A stretch of DNA of 62,637 bases, the filler included, from Choristocarpus tenellus KU-1152 (Eukaryota; Protista; Phaeophyceae), in the NCBI GenBank assembly GCA_964200185.2. It is 11 parts of 11 records of this genome, joined end to end, with 100 filler letters (N's around TTAATTAATTAA, not from the genome) between each part and the next. Parts side by side here need not be neighbours in the genome. Positions count along the whole stretch, not along the records: positions 11,405 to 16,747 come from CAXNAD020011083.1; positions 16,848 to 21,742 come from CAXNAD020012632.1; positions 21,843 to 28,379 come from CAXNAD020007907.1; 8 more parts are not named here. The stretch is one strand, 5' to 3'. The notes under the pieces were generated by a model. The model searched no databases, was not told the origin of the DNA, and saw only the letters and a program-made list of their open reading frames with translations. A program made the translations under genes and the position numbers. Of this stretch, positions 12,092 to 24,710 are shown piece by piece. Numbering within the stretch: the stretch's first letter is position 1; every line of letters starts with the position of its first letter.

Positions 12092-13357
12092 GATTCACCA
12101 CCTGAATGGCGTGCTGCCCTTGATTATGAGCAGGCGCTGAACAGCCTGTTCCTCCGGTCCCTGGTGGAGATGCATCTGGACCGAGTGCATGCCCTTGATA
12201 CAACCAAGTCGAGAAACCTCGATGACAGTCTCAACTCTTGGCCCAGTACAGAGGATGAAAACAGTCTCAGTGTTCCTGAGGGTGATGGTGAGGACTGGGG
12301 ATATGGGCTCAGTGATGGAATCAATCGAGGAGGAGGCACTACAACTTGGGGCTCACATAGGGGACAGATGTCTTGGGCTCATCGAACTGTTAGTCTTCTC
12401 CTGCTCCCCTCCAGCAACTTGAGGGCGTGCATGAAGAATAGCGATGTTAGTACTTGCGAGGGGAGTGATAGTGAAGATAACGATGGCGTTGGTAGAGTAT
12501 GGAAGCAGGCCTTGGGAGGGGGCATAGCTGGACGACACCTTGGCGCTCTTGTAGAACTGGTTTGTCCCGAGAACGGAGAGGGGGGTGGGGGGAGGCTTGA
12601 GATCCAGGCATCACAAGAGGTGGCCGCAGAGGCTTGGAGGCGACTCCCTATTGGAGTGGTGGAGGAGACTGAGCGACATGGAACTAGCACTAGGACTGGC
12701 AGGAGCGGCGCCGGTGGATCTGATTCGGTTAAGTTGTCTTGGTCCTGGCTGCGACAGAAGGGGGCTGCACCTCCACTTAGTGCTATTGGTGTGTTGGTGG
12801 TGCTCTTGGCCACTCTTCCTCTCAGTGGAGAGTTGGTCCGAGGGGTGGAGGTTATGCTCCAAGTGGCTGATGAAACCACAGGGGTAGCTGCAGCTGAAGC
12901 TGCCGCACGGGTGGGGGCAGCAACCTCCGCTACTTCGATGGCGATGGCAGCTGCAGTGGCAACAGGGCCCTTGTCAGAACAGGGAGAGGGACGGGGAACA
13001 GGTGCTGTGGCATCTGCAAGGGTAGCAGAGGCGGCGGCGGCGGCAGACACTGAGGCAGCTGAGGCATCTCAAGCAACAAAGTTTGCCACACAAGCAATGG
13101 TTGATGCGGAAAGTACCCTCTTGGCATACGTGACACACTACTGTGGGCTAGATCCAGCTTTTTGGGCGGAGGTGTTGAGCCACTTTCAAGGGTCAGGAGT
13201 GAGTAAGAACGGAGATAGGTGGAGGGCTTCTATCCTGCGGCAATGTGGGCAGGTGCTTGGCCCAGCAGGGTTGTTAGAGGCTGTGCCAGATTATGTGCCT
13301 TTCCTGGAGTGTCTGGGTGAAATAGAAAGGAGTATAGGTGTCCATGGGGAGGACTGA
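12092..13357 (+). CDS. Large terminal exon; C-terminus resembles BLOC-2 subunit HPS3, with Ala/Gly-rich insertions
   Basis: Pyrimidine tract + CAG acceptor at 12089-12091, open to TGA at 13357. LATLPLSGELVRGVEVML...LLAYVTHYCGLDPAFWAEVL...SILRQCGQVLGPAGLLEAVPD resembles the HPS3 C-terminal pattern by eye only. Confidence 0.6.
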   Translation, partial: DSPPEWRAALDYEQALNSLFLRSLVEMHLDRVHALDTTKSRNLDDSLNSWPSTEDENSLSVPEGDGEDWGYGLSDGINRGGGTTTWGSHRGQMSWAHRTVSLLLLPSSNLRACMKNSDVSTCEGSDSEDNDGVGRVWKQALGGGIAGRHLGALVELVCPENGEGGGGRLEIQASQEVAAEAWRRLPIGVVEETERHGTSTRTGRSGAGGSDSVKLSWSWLRQKGAAPPLSAIGVLVVLLATLPLSGELVRGVEVMLQVADETTGVAAAEAAARVGAATSATSMAMAAAVATGPLSEQGEGRGTGAVASARVAEAAAAADTEAAEASQATKFATQAMVDAESTLLAYVTHYCGLDPAFWAEVLSHFQGSGVSKNGDRWRASILRQCGQVLGPAGLLEAVPDYVPFLECLGEIERSIGVHGED

Positions 13358-15625
13358 ATCAGAAAGTTACTGTTCTCTGCCGACAGGGCTTCTTTCCCCT
13401 CGTTTGGCACACACTACCCAATTGTTTGTTCCAAGTTTTTGCAATTAACTCTTTTTTTTTTTAGAAACTAAACTCCACGGGGCATTGTATTATAGAACCT
13501 TGGCTTTTTGTCTCTACTGTTGCTAATGATTCACAAAGATCACACCACGATTGGTAGAATAGTCGGATCACAAAAAGTGATCTGTAACAACAGAGATTTT
13601 TGGCAGATATGACCAACAGACTTCAAATCTTGAATTGTTTCTCTTACGAGACTATTAATAATTGATAATATCCTGTTTCGTGATAGTCCTTGGGGCTAGA
13701 GTACCTTTTTTGTCAGATGTAATCCGCATTCAAGTCGATGAGCATGCAGCAAGGCACCACCCCATAATTGCACATCCCCAAGTACTATGTAATAAATACA
13801 TTTACGTACATTCCACTGTGTAGTATATACCCCACTTTCACTCTCTGTGAATGAGGTGTAAAATATGCCCATCTATATCTAAAAGCACCTGCACCATGTA
13901 TATGTCTGCACGTGTGTATGCATCTATGTGTTTTATGCTCATCTAGTGCCTGTTCCATTGTTGCTGTTGCCAGTGCGCATCTCTACTCAATTGAGTCTTG
14001 ATGTACAAATACGTGAACGCCCTCTTGCCTCCTAAAAACCCATGTGGAGCAGTGTGACCCACCTAACATCCCACTTCTCACTCTGAGTGCATTGCACACA
14101 AACATTTGCTGTGTAGTATGGTCTAAATGAAAGGGTGTGGAGCATGTCTTGAGGTAAGGTCAAGCAAACGTACCAGCACAAGAGACTTGCAAATCAAGGG
14201 TAGCCAAAACCACAATCAGCACTTGTGGTACAACTCAAATAAGAAAACACATACACTTGGTGGATTCATCTGTCTTGTCGCTACTTTTCCCACACACGCT
14301 CTATTGTGGAAACCCAATCTCGACCTAATGGGCATTGGAAATTTGTCGACAACATAATAAGAGCTCTAGATAGACATTCCCGGATACTTTGAAATGACAT
14401 TTTCCCCCCTTCATCATCCCTTCCAAGAAACCAAGCACTGCATTCACGAAGAAGGTTAGCTGCCTGTTCAGTGACTCACTCACAACACGTAGTCTAGTAA
14501 GGTGTTTCCAGGGCGAGCCAAAAACCAACAGTAATGTAGTGATACCTCTCATTATTATTATTATTATTATATTCAATGGAAAAAATAGAAGAGTAACAGG
14601 TCTCCCGCATTTGGTATCATACAAATACTCATTATAACAAATACCTCCAAGCACCAGTACTGATACTATAAATACCAGTGCCTACTTACATGCTACTCAC
14701 TGCAGACTACTATTTAATAAATAGCCTCATATTTCAATTATTCCCAATCAAGTTCAAAGTAGATGTGTACACCCCCCATAACTATCAAGCTTACTACAAA
14801 ACATGCTACAGCATGGACACTTGCAGTCATATATTGCACAGTCACATATGATGGAACAAACTAGGTGGCGGCAAAAATCCTCTATAGCAAGAAAATGCAA
14901 GGTATGCCAACCAACTACCATCTCCAACACACAACAATTAGTGCCCTTTACCCTTTCTCTCAATCAAACTTGACAACGAACTGTATTGGAGAGGCACTAT
15001 CAAGCTACCTCACCATCTACAATACGGTCCAACTATGACTTCTCACATTTCAACCTTCAATTGGAGTACCCTATGTAACACAAAACTAAACGTTGTCGTT
15101 ACTCTGCCACCATACTGCAGGTCCAAATTACAAGAGACAACCAAAATGAAGGGCATTAGCCTCATCATGTTCACAAGGACACTTAAAGGCCTTGGGCAAA
15201 GCCCATCCTTGACGAGGTCAATCCCCCAACAATCATTCGTTTTTTGTCACACATTGACACCCCCGATCAAATTAATATATTTCAGCAAAATATAAAAAAC
15301 GCAAATTCTACACAATTGAACACACTGACTGCACCCCCCCTCCCCCCCCCCCTCCCCCCCCCCCAAAAAATAATATCACTAACAACTGTACAAAACCACC
15401 ACACCAAACCAGTGAACAAACTAAGGTACACTAAAGAGTTCAATGTGTCACACACACACACACACACACACAAAAAAACCCCCACCAAAATGCTGATCCA
15501 AACAAACCACTACCCACACGCCAACCGTGTCCCTCCACAAGCCCTGACAGCAAAAAGCAAAAATGGTCCAAAAAATATCCAGGCTATTTATTAATTACCC
15601 TCTCGCCTATACCTCATTTTGTCAT

Positions 15626-16054
15626 TTAGACAACCTCCTCTCTTCCGGGAAAACGCACATTACGCATCCCATTTTCACCGTTGAAACCCTTATTGGTGCC
15701 CTTCAATGATGACCTCTTCCTATCGCCCCTCTTCATAAAGGGGTTCAGCACATGGTTACTCTTCAGATCTCTCCCAGCACTATAAAAGACATCATTGCTC
15801 CCCACAACCGCCTCCGATACACTCGACTCTGAATGCTCTGACTCTTCTGCCACTGCACTCTCCTGAGCCACATTCCCCCCACCAGAGGATGAATCTGCGG
15901 ATGATGACTCCAACCAAATATCATCCATGTGTATAGTGGGAGCTGCCCTATGACCGTCTGATGGAAATGAGGGAGGCGTTTCTTCTTTCTGCCCATCTTG
16001 TCGATGAGAGCCTTTTGACCTTAAGGAGGAGGGAGAATATAATCGTCGCACATC
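15626..16054 (-). CDS. Exon (probably terminal) of an unknown Ser/acidic-rich protein with SSLK...NVRF (PP1 docking-like) motifs
   Basis: ttttgcag acceptor at 16055-16062; open to TAA at 15626; RSSLKG...RNVRFP near the end. Confidence 0.5.
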   Translation of the reverse strand, partial: DVRRLYSPSSLRSKGSHRQDGQKEETPPSFPSDGHRAAPTIHMDDIWLESSSADSSSGGGNVAQESAVAEESEHSESSVSEAVVGSNDVFYSAGRDLKSNHVLNPFMKRGDRKRSSLKGTNKGFNGENGMRNVRFPGREEVV

Positions 16055-16368
16055 CTGCAAAAATGAATAACACACACCAACCCATCCGGTTTAATGTTTG
16101 TTGAGGTAGGGAGACAAAGGGATTAGTTAGAATAGAATAGAATCATGAAGGGATTGGTTCGTCCTACTATAGAGGCCTTCAAGTCCCTTCCTGCAAGTCA
16201 CTCTTGCTCATCTGCAGACCAGGTAGGTCACTTCACAACACACTTCACAACACAGAACAAAAAACCTGCAACAACTTCACAACAAGCCGAAACGGTCCTA
16301 TTCCAGTGTAGCTGCACAATTACGCTCTATTCTCACAAAATAAATTCTACAAGAAAATGCAAGGACAT

Positions 16369-16630
16369 TTACTCGCTTGTTCCTTACGCATAACCGTAGG
16401 TATAGTTCATACAAGAAAAAATAAAATCTCAAGAGTATTTTATAATGAAAATCATATCAAAAGATCTCTGACATCAAAGTGCGAGCGCAACGCACGAGGA
16501 ATTTTTCAAACGCACTACATCACAAAGTGAGGACGGACACAACACACAATTAAAATACTAGCAACTCCACAACTGAAAAAACAACTCATCCTTGGGCACT
16601 AAACTGCACCATACAACAACAAGCGCGTAA
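16369..16630. mobile_element. Putative non-autonomous Helentron/DINE-1-like (HINE) element
   Basis: 13-bp inverted repeats ttactcgcttgtt (16369-16381) and aacaagcgcgtaa (16618-16630, 1 mismatch). A nested partial IR cttgt...acaag encloses accgtaggt, and there is an internal gcgagcgcaacgcacgag motif. Confidence 0.4.
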
Positions 16631-16911
16631 CTGACAAAAGAAAAATAAGTAATTCCACAAAAAAAATCAGAACCTTTTAAACAAATTCAAGAGAGACATA
16701 AAACATCCATCACCAGCAGGGTCGACCTCCAACCCCCCCCCCCCTCCNNNNNNNNNNNNNNNNNNNNNNNNNNNNNNNNNNNNNNNNNNNNTTAATTAAT
16801 TAANNNNNNNNNNNNNNNNNNNNNNNNNNNNNNNNNNNNNNNNNNNNCCCAACATCTCTAAAATATCCTCCCTTGCTGGATACTGAGAAGGGCAGACTCA
16901 GGGAGTGGTAT

Positions 16912-19900
16912 CTACAGGGCGTTGAGTTGACGCAGCATTTCCTCTGTCTTTGCATCCAGTTTCTCCTCTGCAACAGACGGTCGCGATACTGCTGGTCGTG
17001 CTGTTGGTGCATCGGACATCAAGGCCCCAAGGTCAAGCCCAATTTCAGTCAGCACCTGGTCCACTACCACGTCTGCTCCTTCTTCAATACCCTCTCCATC
17101 AAACTGGCCCAGGTAGGCGTTTGTTAGGAAAGCCAAAACCATAGCGGGGGTTAGGGTTAGGTTAGTGCGCGATGATGCTTGTGAGATCCATGTGTAAACT
17201 TATTCTTCAGAAAAAACGAAGCCTTTTTGAAGAAAACATGAAGAGAGAGCACCCAAAAGGACGTCTAGAGCACAGCAAGTCGACATGGAGATGGACAAGA
17301 AAGACAGCTGCTCATGGTTGATATCTACAACGTGGTCAAACATGCCATGAGTGAATGGGGTTGGGTTGGCAGTGGTGCAGAAGTGACCCGCTCTGTATGA
17401 TGGGGAAACACATTGTCCTGCCCCTGATCTCATCAACCCGGAACGTTTTCAACTTGGGACAAGCCGCTAGATACGCGTAACTGTTGCCACACAAGCACTG
17501 TTGTGTCTGATCATTGGTTGAAACTAGAGAGGGAGACCTTGGTCATCCCAAGGGTAGTTTTATCAGACGGTTCGAAATACTCACTGCATCAGTAAGTGTC
17601 TCATCGATGAGCTCTTCCCGCATGTTCATCTTCTCATTCTGCATAGCAAATTGGTGAGTGATCTTTGACATCTCCTCCGTGTCCACGGTGTCGTTGATGT
17701 CCTTCATTACCCCTGACACGGTCCCCATCACCCCCACTAGCTTGGCCTTTTTTACAGGACGGATGGTTGGATCAACAGGAACAGGGTTTAGAATGGGCTT
17801 GTGAGCTAGCTACAGTGCAGAACACGAGGGCATACAGAATTGGTGAGGGATAATATTGAAATGACAGGAAATGTGGGAGAAGGTGGGGGAGGGGGGGGAG
17901 GAAGAAATACACAAGCCTATCAAATCAATTCAGGTGTGCCATTGCAGTGTTTGCTTAGGGAGGGTCATTAATGGGCAAGACATCGAAGAGCTATTTTGCA
18001 ATAACATATTCAAAGCATCTTCCCTCTCCCTCCTCCCACCCCACCCTCACTACACGTCATCCTTTACTCACAATCAGGATATCTGACTTTGAAGGAAGGG
18101 CAAATTGAAACCACACATCAGTCCCTCACTGGAAATGCCTTCCGTCCCTTGTCAAAACCAAAACATGTTGTCATTCCATTTGACTCTGACCACCTGGGTA
18201 AAAGCCAGCAAAGACTTTTCAGTTTCCCCACCTGTGACTGGGCTGCAATAGCCCGATTTCCTACCCCCTGTGTCGTTGCCCGAGCCATGATGAGTTTCTC
18301 CTTCTGCTTTCGAACATAGATCAGTTGCCTGGCAAGAGCGCGTGTTGCACCCTGGGGCAGAGTGAACCAAAACGTAGACAGGATTAAAGGTTCCTCAGTT
18401 GAAGTAGGAGGTGGTGGTGAGGGAGGGTGATCATATGTGGCCTTGTGCTTATGGGGAATGTTTTGAGGGTGTTGGTACAAATATACTCGAGGGGAGTTGG
18501 GATTATGGAATGTTGTGCATTTATCTGAGGCAAGAGATGATGGTGTTGTGCATGGTTTTAATGCGGTACTAGTATTGAGTCAGAGGAGGCATTCTCCAGT
18601 GTTGTTGATCGTATGGACATTGTGGTTGGGTCAGCAGCAACATAATTCAAATCTTGACAAAAAAAGTGCAGTCATGTCACCGAAGAGTGAGCTGATTCGA
18701 GCTGGGCACTGTCATTTCCTTTTCATTCAGTCAGGTAAAATTCATGCACAAAAGCATGACCAGAGGGAAAGTGTAACAAGGAGAATGATCAGGTGATGTG
18801 ATTGTAGTTTTTGTGCTTCTCATGCAACAGTACTTGTTTCCTTAGCACACAACTACAATTATGATGCTGACATCAGTTTGTCCAGCAAAAGCCTTGCTTC
18901 TCATTACCAAATTTCTCCTCCTGTTCATTGCACTTCCGCATCCTCATCCTACTTTCATACTTATGAGCTTGCTTCCCTGAAGTGCTCCATGGAACATCTT
19001 TCTGTAGAGTCAAGCCCATTGCTGACTGAAAGGGGGTATTGAGATATATGCACATGTCATCTGTTGTCGAGCAAACAGTCTTTGGGAAGTATCAAACCTT
19101 GCAGTCGTAGTAAACTCTTCTAATTGCTATTAGTTAAATTATGATCACAACACCTAAATCCTTAACCCTAACCGATCGTCATTTTTGTACCAGGATCACC
19201 TCACCGCAACACAACATCGAATCATGGGCAGCAGTATAGGGTCACAACTCACCTGATTCCCAGTTTTCGCGGTAGCCTTGATGTCCTTCTGCAGGTCTTT
19301 CTCATTCCGCTCGAGTTTTATTAGTTCCTTATTGAGGTCTGCAACCCCCCTTCCCACAGCCCGCCTGGCTTCCCTTGCGGTCTCTAACCATGTTCAACGA
19401 CGGTCGTGAAGAATTGTGATGCATTACCATTCCACTCATAGCAAGCGCTTACAGTAAATTCACATCAGTGGGAAGGCCAGAAACTTCAAATAGAATGAGG
19501 ACTAGCGCATGCACCATACCCTTCGCACTGCACTATGCCCAAGTTGGGGAGTTGTAGTCCAGACTCAACTCGTTTCTCGACCAAAACCGTATTTCAACTG
19601 CTCGATCAAAGCTGTAATTGAAAAGGATAAGATAAATGTACATTACGAATTCCTTTACCTCCCTTTCCATCACAGGAACTTTAGGAACCTCCAGCGAAAT
19701 GCTACACTCCACTCCACTGGGAGAAACAAGAGACCCCAAAGTGGAAGTAGATAGAATCAAGGTTTGTGAGAAATTGTTGAGGCCAAACAGGAAATGCGTG
19801 CATAGTAGAGACGTACACCTTGGTAGAAGGTAGAACTTGGTAGAGGGGGGGAGGTCTTTAACCCTTTAGGGTTTCAATGTACGTACCACAGCCAACGCTG

Positions 19901-20151
19901 TTGGTCATGGTTGAGATATTTTCGTGACCCCAACTCCCCAATTTCACAAGCTTCCCATTGTCGCAGATGAAGCAAGGCGCTCCTTTTCTATCATCTGATT
20001 CTTCTCTAAACAACATAAGCTAGGTAGAACAAGTGGGATTCCTATTCTCCTCCCTAGAGCGCCAGCAAAAAGTGAACGGCTTTTCCAGTTTGGGTTGTTC
20101 AAGTTGTGTGTCACCTTGGCTAGTCTTCTTCTTTCCGAATTTAGAGAACAT
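16912..20151 (-). CDS. VPS2: ESCRT-III subunit VPS2/CHMP2 (Snf7 family), complete, 213 aa; exons 20151-20115, 19383-19253, 18351-18232, 17746-17585, 17103-16912
   Basis: MFSKFGKKKTSQ|ETAREARRAVGRGVADLNKELIKLERNEKDLQKDIKATAKTGNQ|GATRALARQLIYVRKQ...|...FAMQNEKMNMREELIDETLTDA|FDGEGIEEGADVVVDQVLTEIGLD...EEMLRQLNAL*. GT-AG junctions with consistent phases; C-terminal MIM1-like helix. Confidence 0.93.
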
Positions 20152-20489
20152 GAGAGTTACTCGGCAACAGGGCTTGGAAAAGGTTTGGTGTCTCGACGGA
20201 ATCTGGTTCTGTTCGAGTACACCTACTACTGCCAAGATAGGACTTTGGTTTGATTTACAACGGATGAGAGATGCTAGTGTCGTTCTCTGCTTGCAATGAA
20301 AAAGTGTGGAATGTTCCAAGTCAACATATAGCCCTAACACTAGTTTCTTCCTTGCCTTTGCATATATATATAATATATATATATATGATTCAAGATCATT
20401 TTTCTCAAACCACGTCCAGGTTCTTGGTCCCTTGGACGTTTGGGTGGAAGTGTTTGCTCAGACTTTGTCAGGGATTTGGAGCGTGGAAA
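20152..20489. promoter_or_regulatory. Probable bidirectional promoter/5'UTR region between VPS2 (-) and the UBL-domain gene (+)
   Basis: Divergent start codons at 20151 and 20490, 338 bp apart. Confidence 0.55.
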
Positions 20490-21290
20490 ATGCTTCGAGA
20501 GAGAGGCTACCAGCCCGTGGAAGATGATCGGGATGATGAAAGTGGGGACGATATGCGTGCGGATGGTGGAAATGCAGCGTACTCCTTTGTCCCTACAACA
20601 GAGACAGCACTAGGTCCTTCCGAGGGTTCGTACATTGCCGCAGGCATAGAAGTGGAGTCCAGCGCAGATATTGCAGAGGGGGAAGGAGAAACTGTTGAGG
20701 GAGTCGATGCAAGCCATCCGAGTACGATCGTTGTAAAAATTTTGAATGTCCAGGGTCAGGTAAGATTTTGTTCTGTGCGGTAGGCCTGCTTTTTAGGGTG
20801 TGTCCTTGCAGCTACCCTTCCAAGAAAATGACTTGCACCATGGGGTACTTTAGTTAGTGCAAATGATCGTGATGGTTACATGCTTCTACACTAGCGCTAT
20901 GGTCGACAAGGAAACCATTATACCGGATGTTCGTGGAATAGGGAAGTTGGAGCCTGACGAAGAGATGCATCATAGCCTAAAGAAACTGTCTTCGAAACTA
21001 CTTGATCTCCAAAAGCGAAAATATTTTTCTCTCTAGAAATCCTCACTTCGATCTCTCGATCTCTCGAGTAGAGGAGAAAGGAGAGGAGAAAGATGAGCAA
21101 GACAGAGATCTGTTTAGCGAGTGTTTTTCACCCGAACACCATTTATCTAACCCCACTTTGCTCTTTCGCTGGTCCCCAGACATACCCACTGGCGGTTGCA
21201 CCACTCACAACCATTCGGCAACTAAAAGTTGCACTGGCTGCCAAGTCAGGGGTGGAAGTGGAACGACAGCGAATTATACACGGCGGCAAG
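20490..21290 (+). CDS. Ubiquitin-like domain protein, 5' part; exons 20490-20759, 21180-21290
   Basis: Acidic N-terminus then IVVKILNVQGQ|TYPLAVAPLTTIRQLKVALAAKSGVEVERQRIIHGGK, a ubiquitin fold. The second donor is GC (AAG|gcgaga). Confidence 0.85.
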
Positions 21291-21842
21291 GCGAGAAATA
21301 ATATTCACCTCTTGTATTTGGTAGCATATTTTCATGCTCTCATCCTGAAATATCCCAAATCTTGTTTAGAAGAGGGAGTGGGAGAGTTCTTCGTTCAGAA
21401 GAATCAATATATATATATATATGATTCTCTCTTGATTGCTGAATAGGATAAACTAACCCTTTTTTGTGGCCTGCTGTGTGTGTAAAGTTCTGGGGGGGCG
21501 TTGGAGGGTGAGGTCTTCTTCCAAACTTGCAGTTTCGATGAAGCCTTCTAAGGCTTCCTATCGTTTTGTTCATGCCCCCCCCCCTTGACAAGTGGATAGA
21601 AGGAAAATCATCATTAGATCCCCCCTGAAAACTTTAGTATCCCATGGACATATTCGTCGCTCTTGAGAGTGGTGTCAACTCGTATTTGCTCAACCTCATC
21701 AGTAATATTGGTGTTGCATGGGGCTGATAAGTTGATAGCATCNNNNNNNNNNNNNNNNNNNNNNNNNNNNNNNNNNNNNNNNNNNNTTAATTAATTAANN
21801 NNNNNNNNNNNNNNNNNNNNNNNNNNNNNNNNNNNNNNNNNN

Positions 21843-21983
21843 GTGTTCATTTGGACCAAAATCAGAAAAAGTGCATTTTCTTTATCCATCGGACGTACGC
21901 AACCAAATCACCCCAAAATCGCGACATGAAGAAATTGACCACAGTTGGACAGCCGCCACCCCCCCCCTAGAATTATTTGAGTC
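21843..21983 (+). mobile_element. MITE family A, partial copy at contig start
   Basis: Homologous to 24711-24891 (aaagtgca...aaccaaatcacc...acatgaa..aattgacc...ggacagccgcca-polyC). Confidence 0.8.
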
Positions 21984-22010
21984 CCCATCATACTGTTGCT
22001 GCATTGATAG

Positions 22011-22262
22011 GGTATTTCTGATGGATATGCTCTTGAACTGTGGAGGCGCATGCAAGACAATGGTGAAGCTCAAGCTGATGTTGAGGCGCAAATTTCTTCG
22101 CAAGGAAGATTGCAGGAGACCCTGTCTAGCGGGTCTAGCGATCAAGGGAGGATCTCTCAGACTGCTGCTCAGGTTACTGCGACAATGTCGGCCAGGAGAG
22201 GAAGCTATAGCAGCAGAAGTGGCATGGGAGGATACAAATTTTCAGCTCTCTCCCTACTAGAG
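22011..22262 (+). CDS. Possible isolated internal exon of an unknown protein
   Basis: TAG acceptor, 84 open codons (GISDGYALELWRRMQDNGEAQADVEAQ...SALSLLE) and a GT donor; no flanking exons found. Confidence 0.35.
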
Positions 22263-24323
22263 GTGGGGGTAAGGAGTCGGCATTCCTGGCTTTCGGGGAA
22301 AGCATTCGTGTTCTCTATGGGAAGGACAGGGGACTGTGGAGAGGGATTCCCAGCACGGCATGACACACTCACTGCACTTCTCAAGGTTTTAAGGGATTTC
22401 CTGGGCTCCCTTCTAGTGTCCAGTGACAAGAAACTGAACTAGAGTGCTGCTTCTAACTGTAGTTTCTGTGGAAATGACAAAGCAAACTAATGTCCTCCTG
22501 TGATCTATGTATTTCATCCCCATAACGATGAGAGGTGTTGGGTTCGAGGGACTGACTGCTTGTCTTGAAAGGCACTTAGTGTTACAGAAGCTTCTGCAGG
22601 GGAAAATAGTAAGAGCTGTAGGGATGTTAATGTCCTGTATAAACAATCACCAGTGTAGCATACTATGGTGTAGAATAAGATGACATATATGTGCAGAATA
22701 AGATGTTTTAGGTTTGAGAGTTCCAGCAACCCTTCATTGCCTGCACTCTCATGGAATAGTGAGGTGTACCATATTTTGTGTATGAAAGATGTAACTAATG
22801 AGATAGTACAATGGTCATTAGGCCATCAGTATTTCTAGTGCAGGCTTTGGTATCAATACGATCACAGCAATAGTGGCTGCATTCTCTTCCACTCTCTCTC
22901 ACACAAGAGTTAATAACTCCACTTGCAGTTAGCCTTTCTCAAAGAGAAACTGTTCTTGAATATCCCACAAGAACTACAAGAGAATCCAATCATGATATGA
23001 AGCATGATCTGAAGTTCCCTGAGCAATCCTACCACAATGATGAAGACTAGGAAGTATTGAAGGTTGAACACCAAAGAACATTTGAAGACTGAGTCAGGGC
23101 TAGAGCTCAAATATACTGAACCCTAGATTAATTGAAAAACTATGACAGCATATAACATACTGCATTTATTGCACCAAATACACAACTTGTGCACCTGAAT
23201 TTGTTCATATCGTGCAAGATTTAACTGACACAGCAACACAGCCCCACAGGAAACTATTAAAAACGTGATTGTGACGTCACAGAGCCCTCCATTGAGGATA
23301 TACTGTGTTCACTGTATTGTGTGCTTGACTTGAGACATGCATACCTTCTCACTACTGCAAAATAAATGATACAATCTCATTCTCCTTTCAAAGTTAACTT
23401 GTAGAGGAATGGAGAGTCAGTACGTAGTAGCCCCAGTCAACAGATGTGATGAAAAAAATATGTCTTGCTGCTCTTGTCTTTACAATACTTTGTAAGTGTG
23501 GTGTTTCGAATTGACATGAGTTGTCTTCCTAAGTTGAGCACTTGAGCATAAGCGTTGCGCCGGGATACTCCGCTGACTTCAACAAAATTTCCCATAACTG
23601 AGTTGTACAGGTAGGCAGACCTCTAGGGTTCACATATCACTCTGTTACACCACTATGCCATACTTGATCAGGATGCTTGATGTGGATAAACTGGCATTCA
23701 TAAGTTCTTGCCAAAACGATACGTAACATGGACTTGAAGTAAAACGAATTCCATCACTTACAAATCAATCGGATTTGCAATCTATGTTGGTCTCTTCTTC
23801 TCGAGGATGGAAGACCACCTATCTCATTCCTTCTTAATCTTGTCATGAAAATCTTCTACGGTTTCCTTCAACCTTGCCTTGATGAGCTCCTCCATATTTG
23901 ACCTGTAGCCAATGTCGAATAGGACCTCTCACACAAAACCAAAAGAGGGGTAGCGAGAAAGGCCTGCCAAAGACATTATAAACAACACAAATTGTGTGGT
24001 TATTTAATGACACACTAAATGGCAGGGGACAAATTCGTAGGTATGCTTGCCTTATGGCGTTCCACCAACAATACTCTGCAACAATGAGAGCAAGGTGATG
24101 TCACATTCATGGTATATGTGCTTGTTTTATCTAAGCAAGAGGCCTGTGAAAAATATTTGGGCTCTGCTACACAACTGATAAAATAGAGGCTACGTAAGAA
24201 GCCAGAGAAAATAAAAACTTCATTATTCCCACATGCATATCAATGCCCATTAGGTTTTCCCATGTCAAAAAACGCCACTGAAAGTATCAAGTGATAGCAG
24301 GACTTGAATCAGGTCGCCTGGAA

Positions 24324-24582
24324 GAGCGAAAGTATCTTAGAGGATATGAGTTTTACCCTGTTTGTCCGTTTGGGGCTTGACTTCCCACGGGTTTATTATG
24401 ACATTTTACCTTCTCTGAAGTGTTTCGGAGTAGGTTAAATGTTTACGCCATGAAAAGGTGTGTCCGGAACAAGGATGTTGACACTTCCTAACAAAACCGA
24501 TAGACACAATTAAATCAAAATTACATCATTGGGTTTTGACTCCGAAACGGACTTTTCTCTACCCTCTAAGATACTTTGACCT
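24324..24582 (-). mobile_element. MITE family B (~257 bp), full copy
   Basis: Terminal inverted repeats GAGCGAAAGTATCTTAGAGG ... CCTCTAAGATACTTTGACCT, flanked by ggaa/ggaa. Reverse-complement homologue of 41824-42080. Confidence 0.85.
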
Positions 24583-24710
24583 GGAAACAACATACCTGGA
24601 ATAAATTGTCTACTACTGCCGGCTTCCCTCATGGACTGAATGGCCATAGAACTGCATGAGCCAACAAGCCACGTGGACACATACCAACAGTGTAAATGCA
24701 GCGTTGTCAT

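Noticed and set aside
12379-13050. 223-aa antisense ORF, and most other short six-frame ORFs
   Set aside because: They are shadows of GC-rich exons on the opposite strand or chance ORFs in introns and repeats, with no recognisable motifs.
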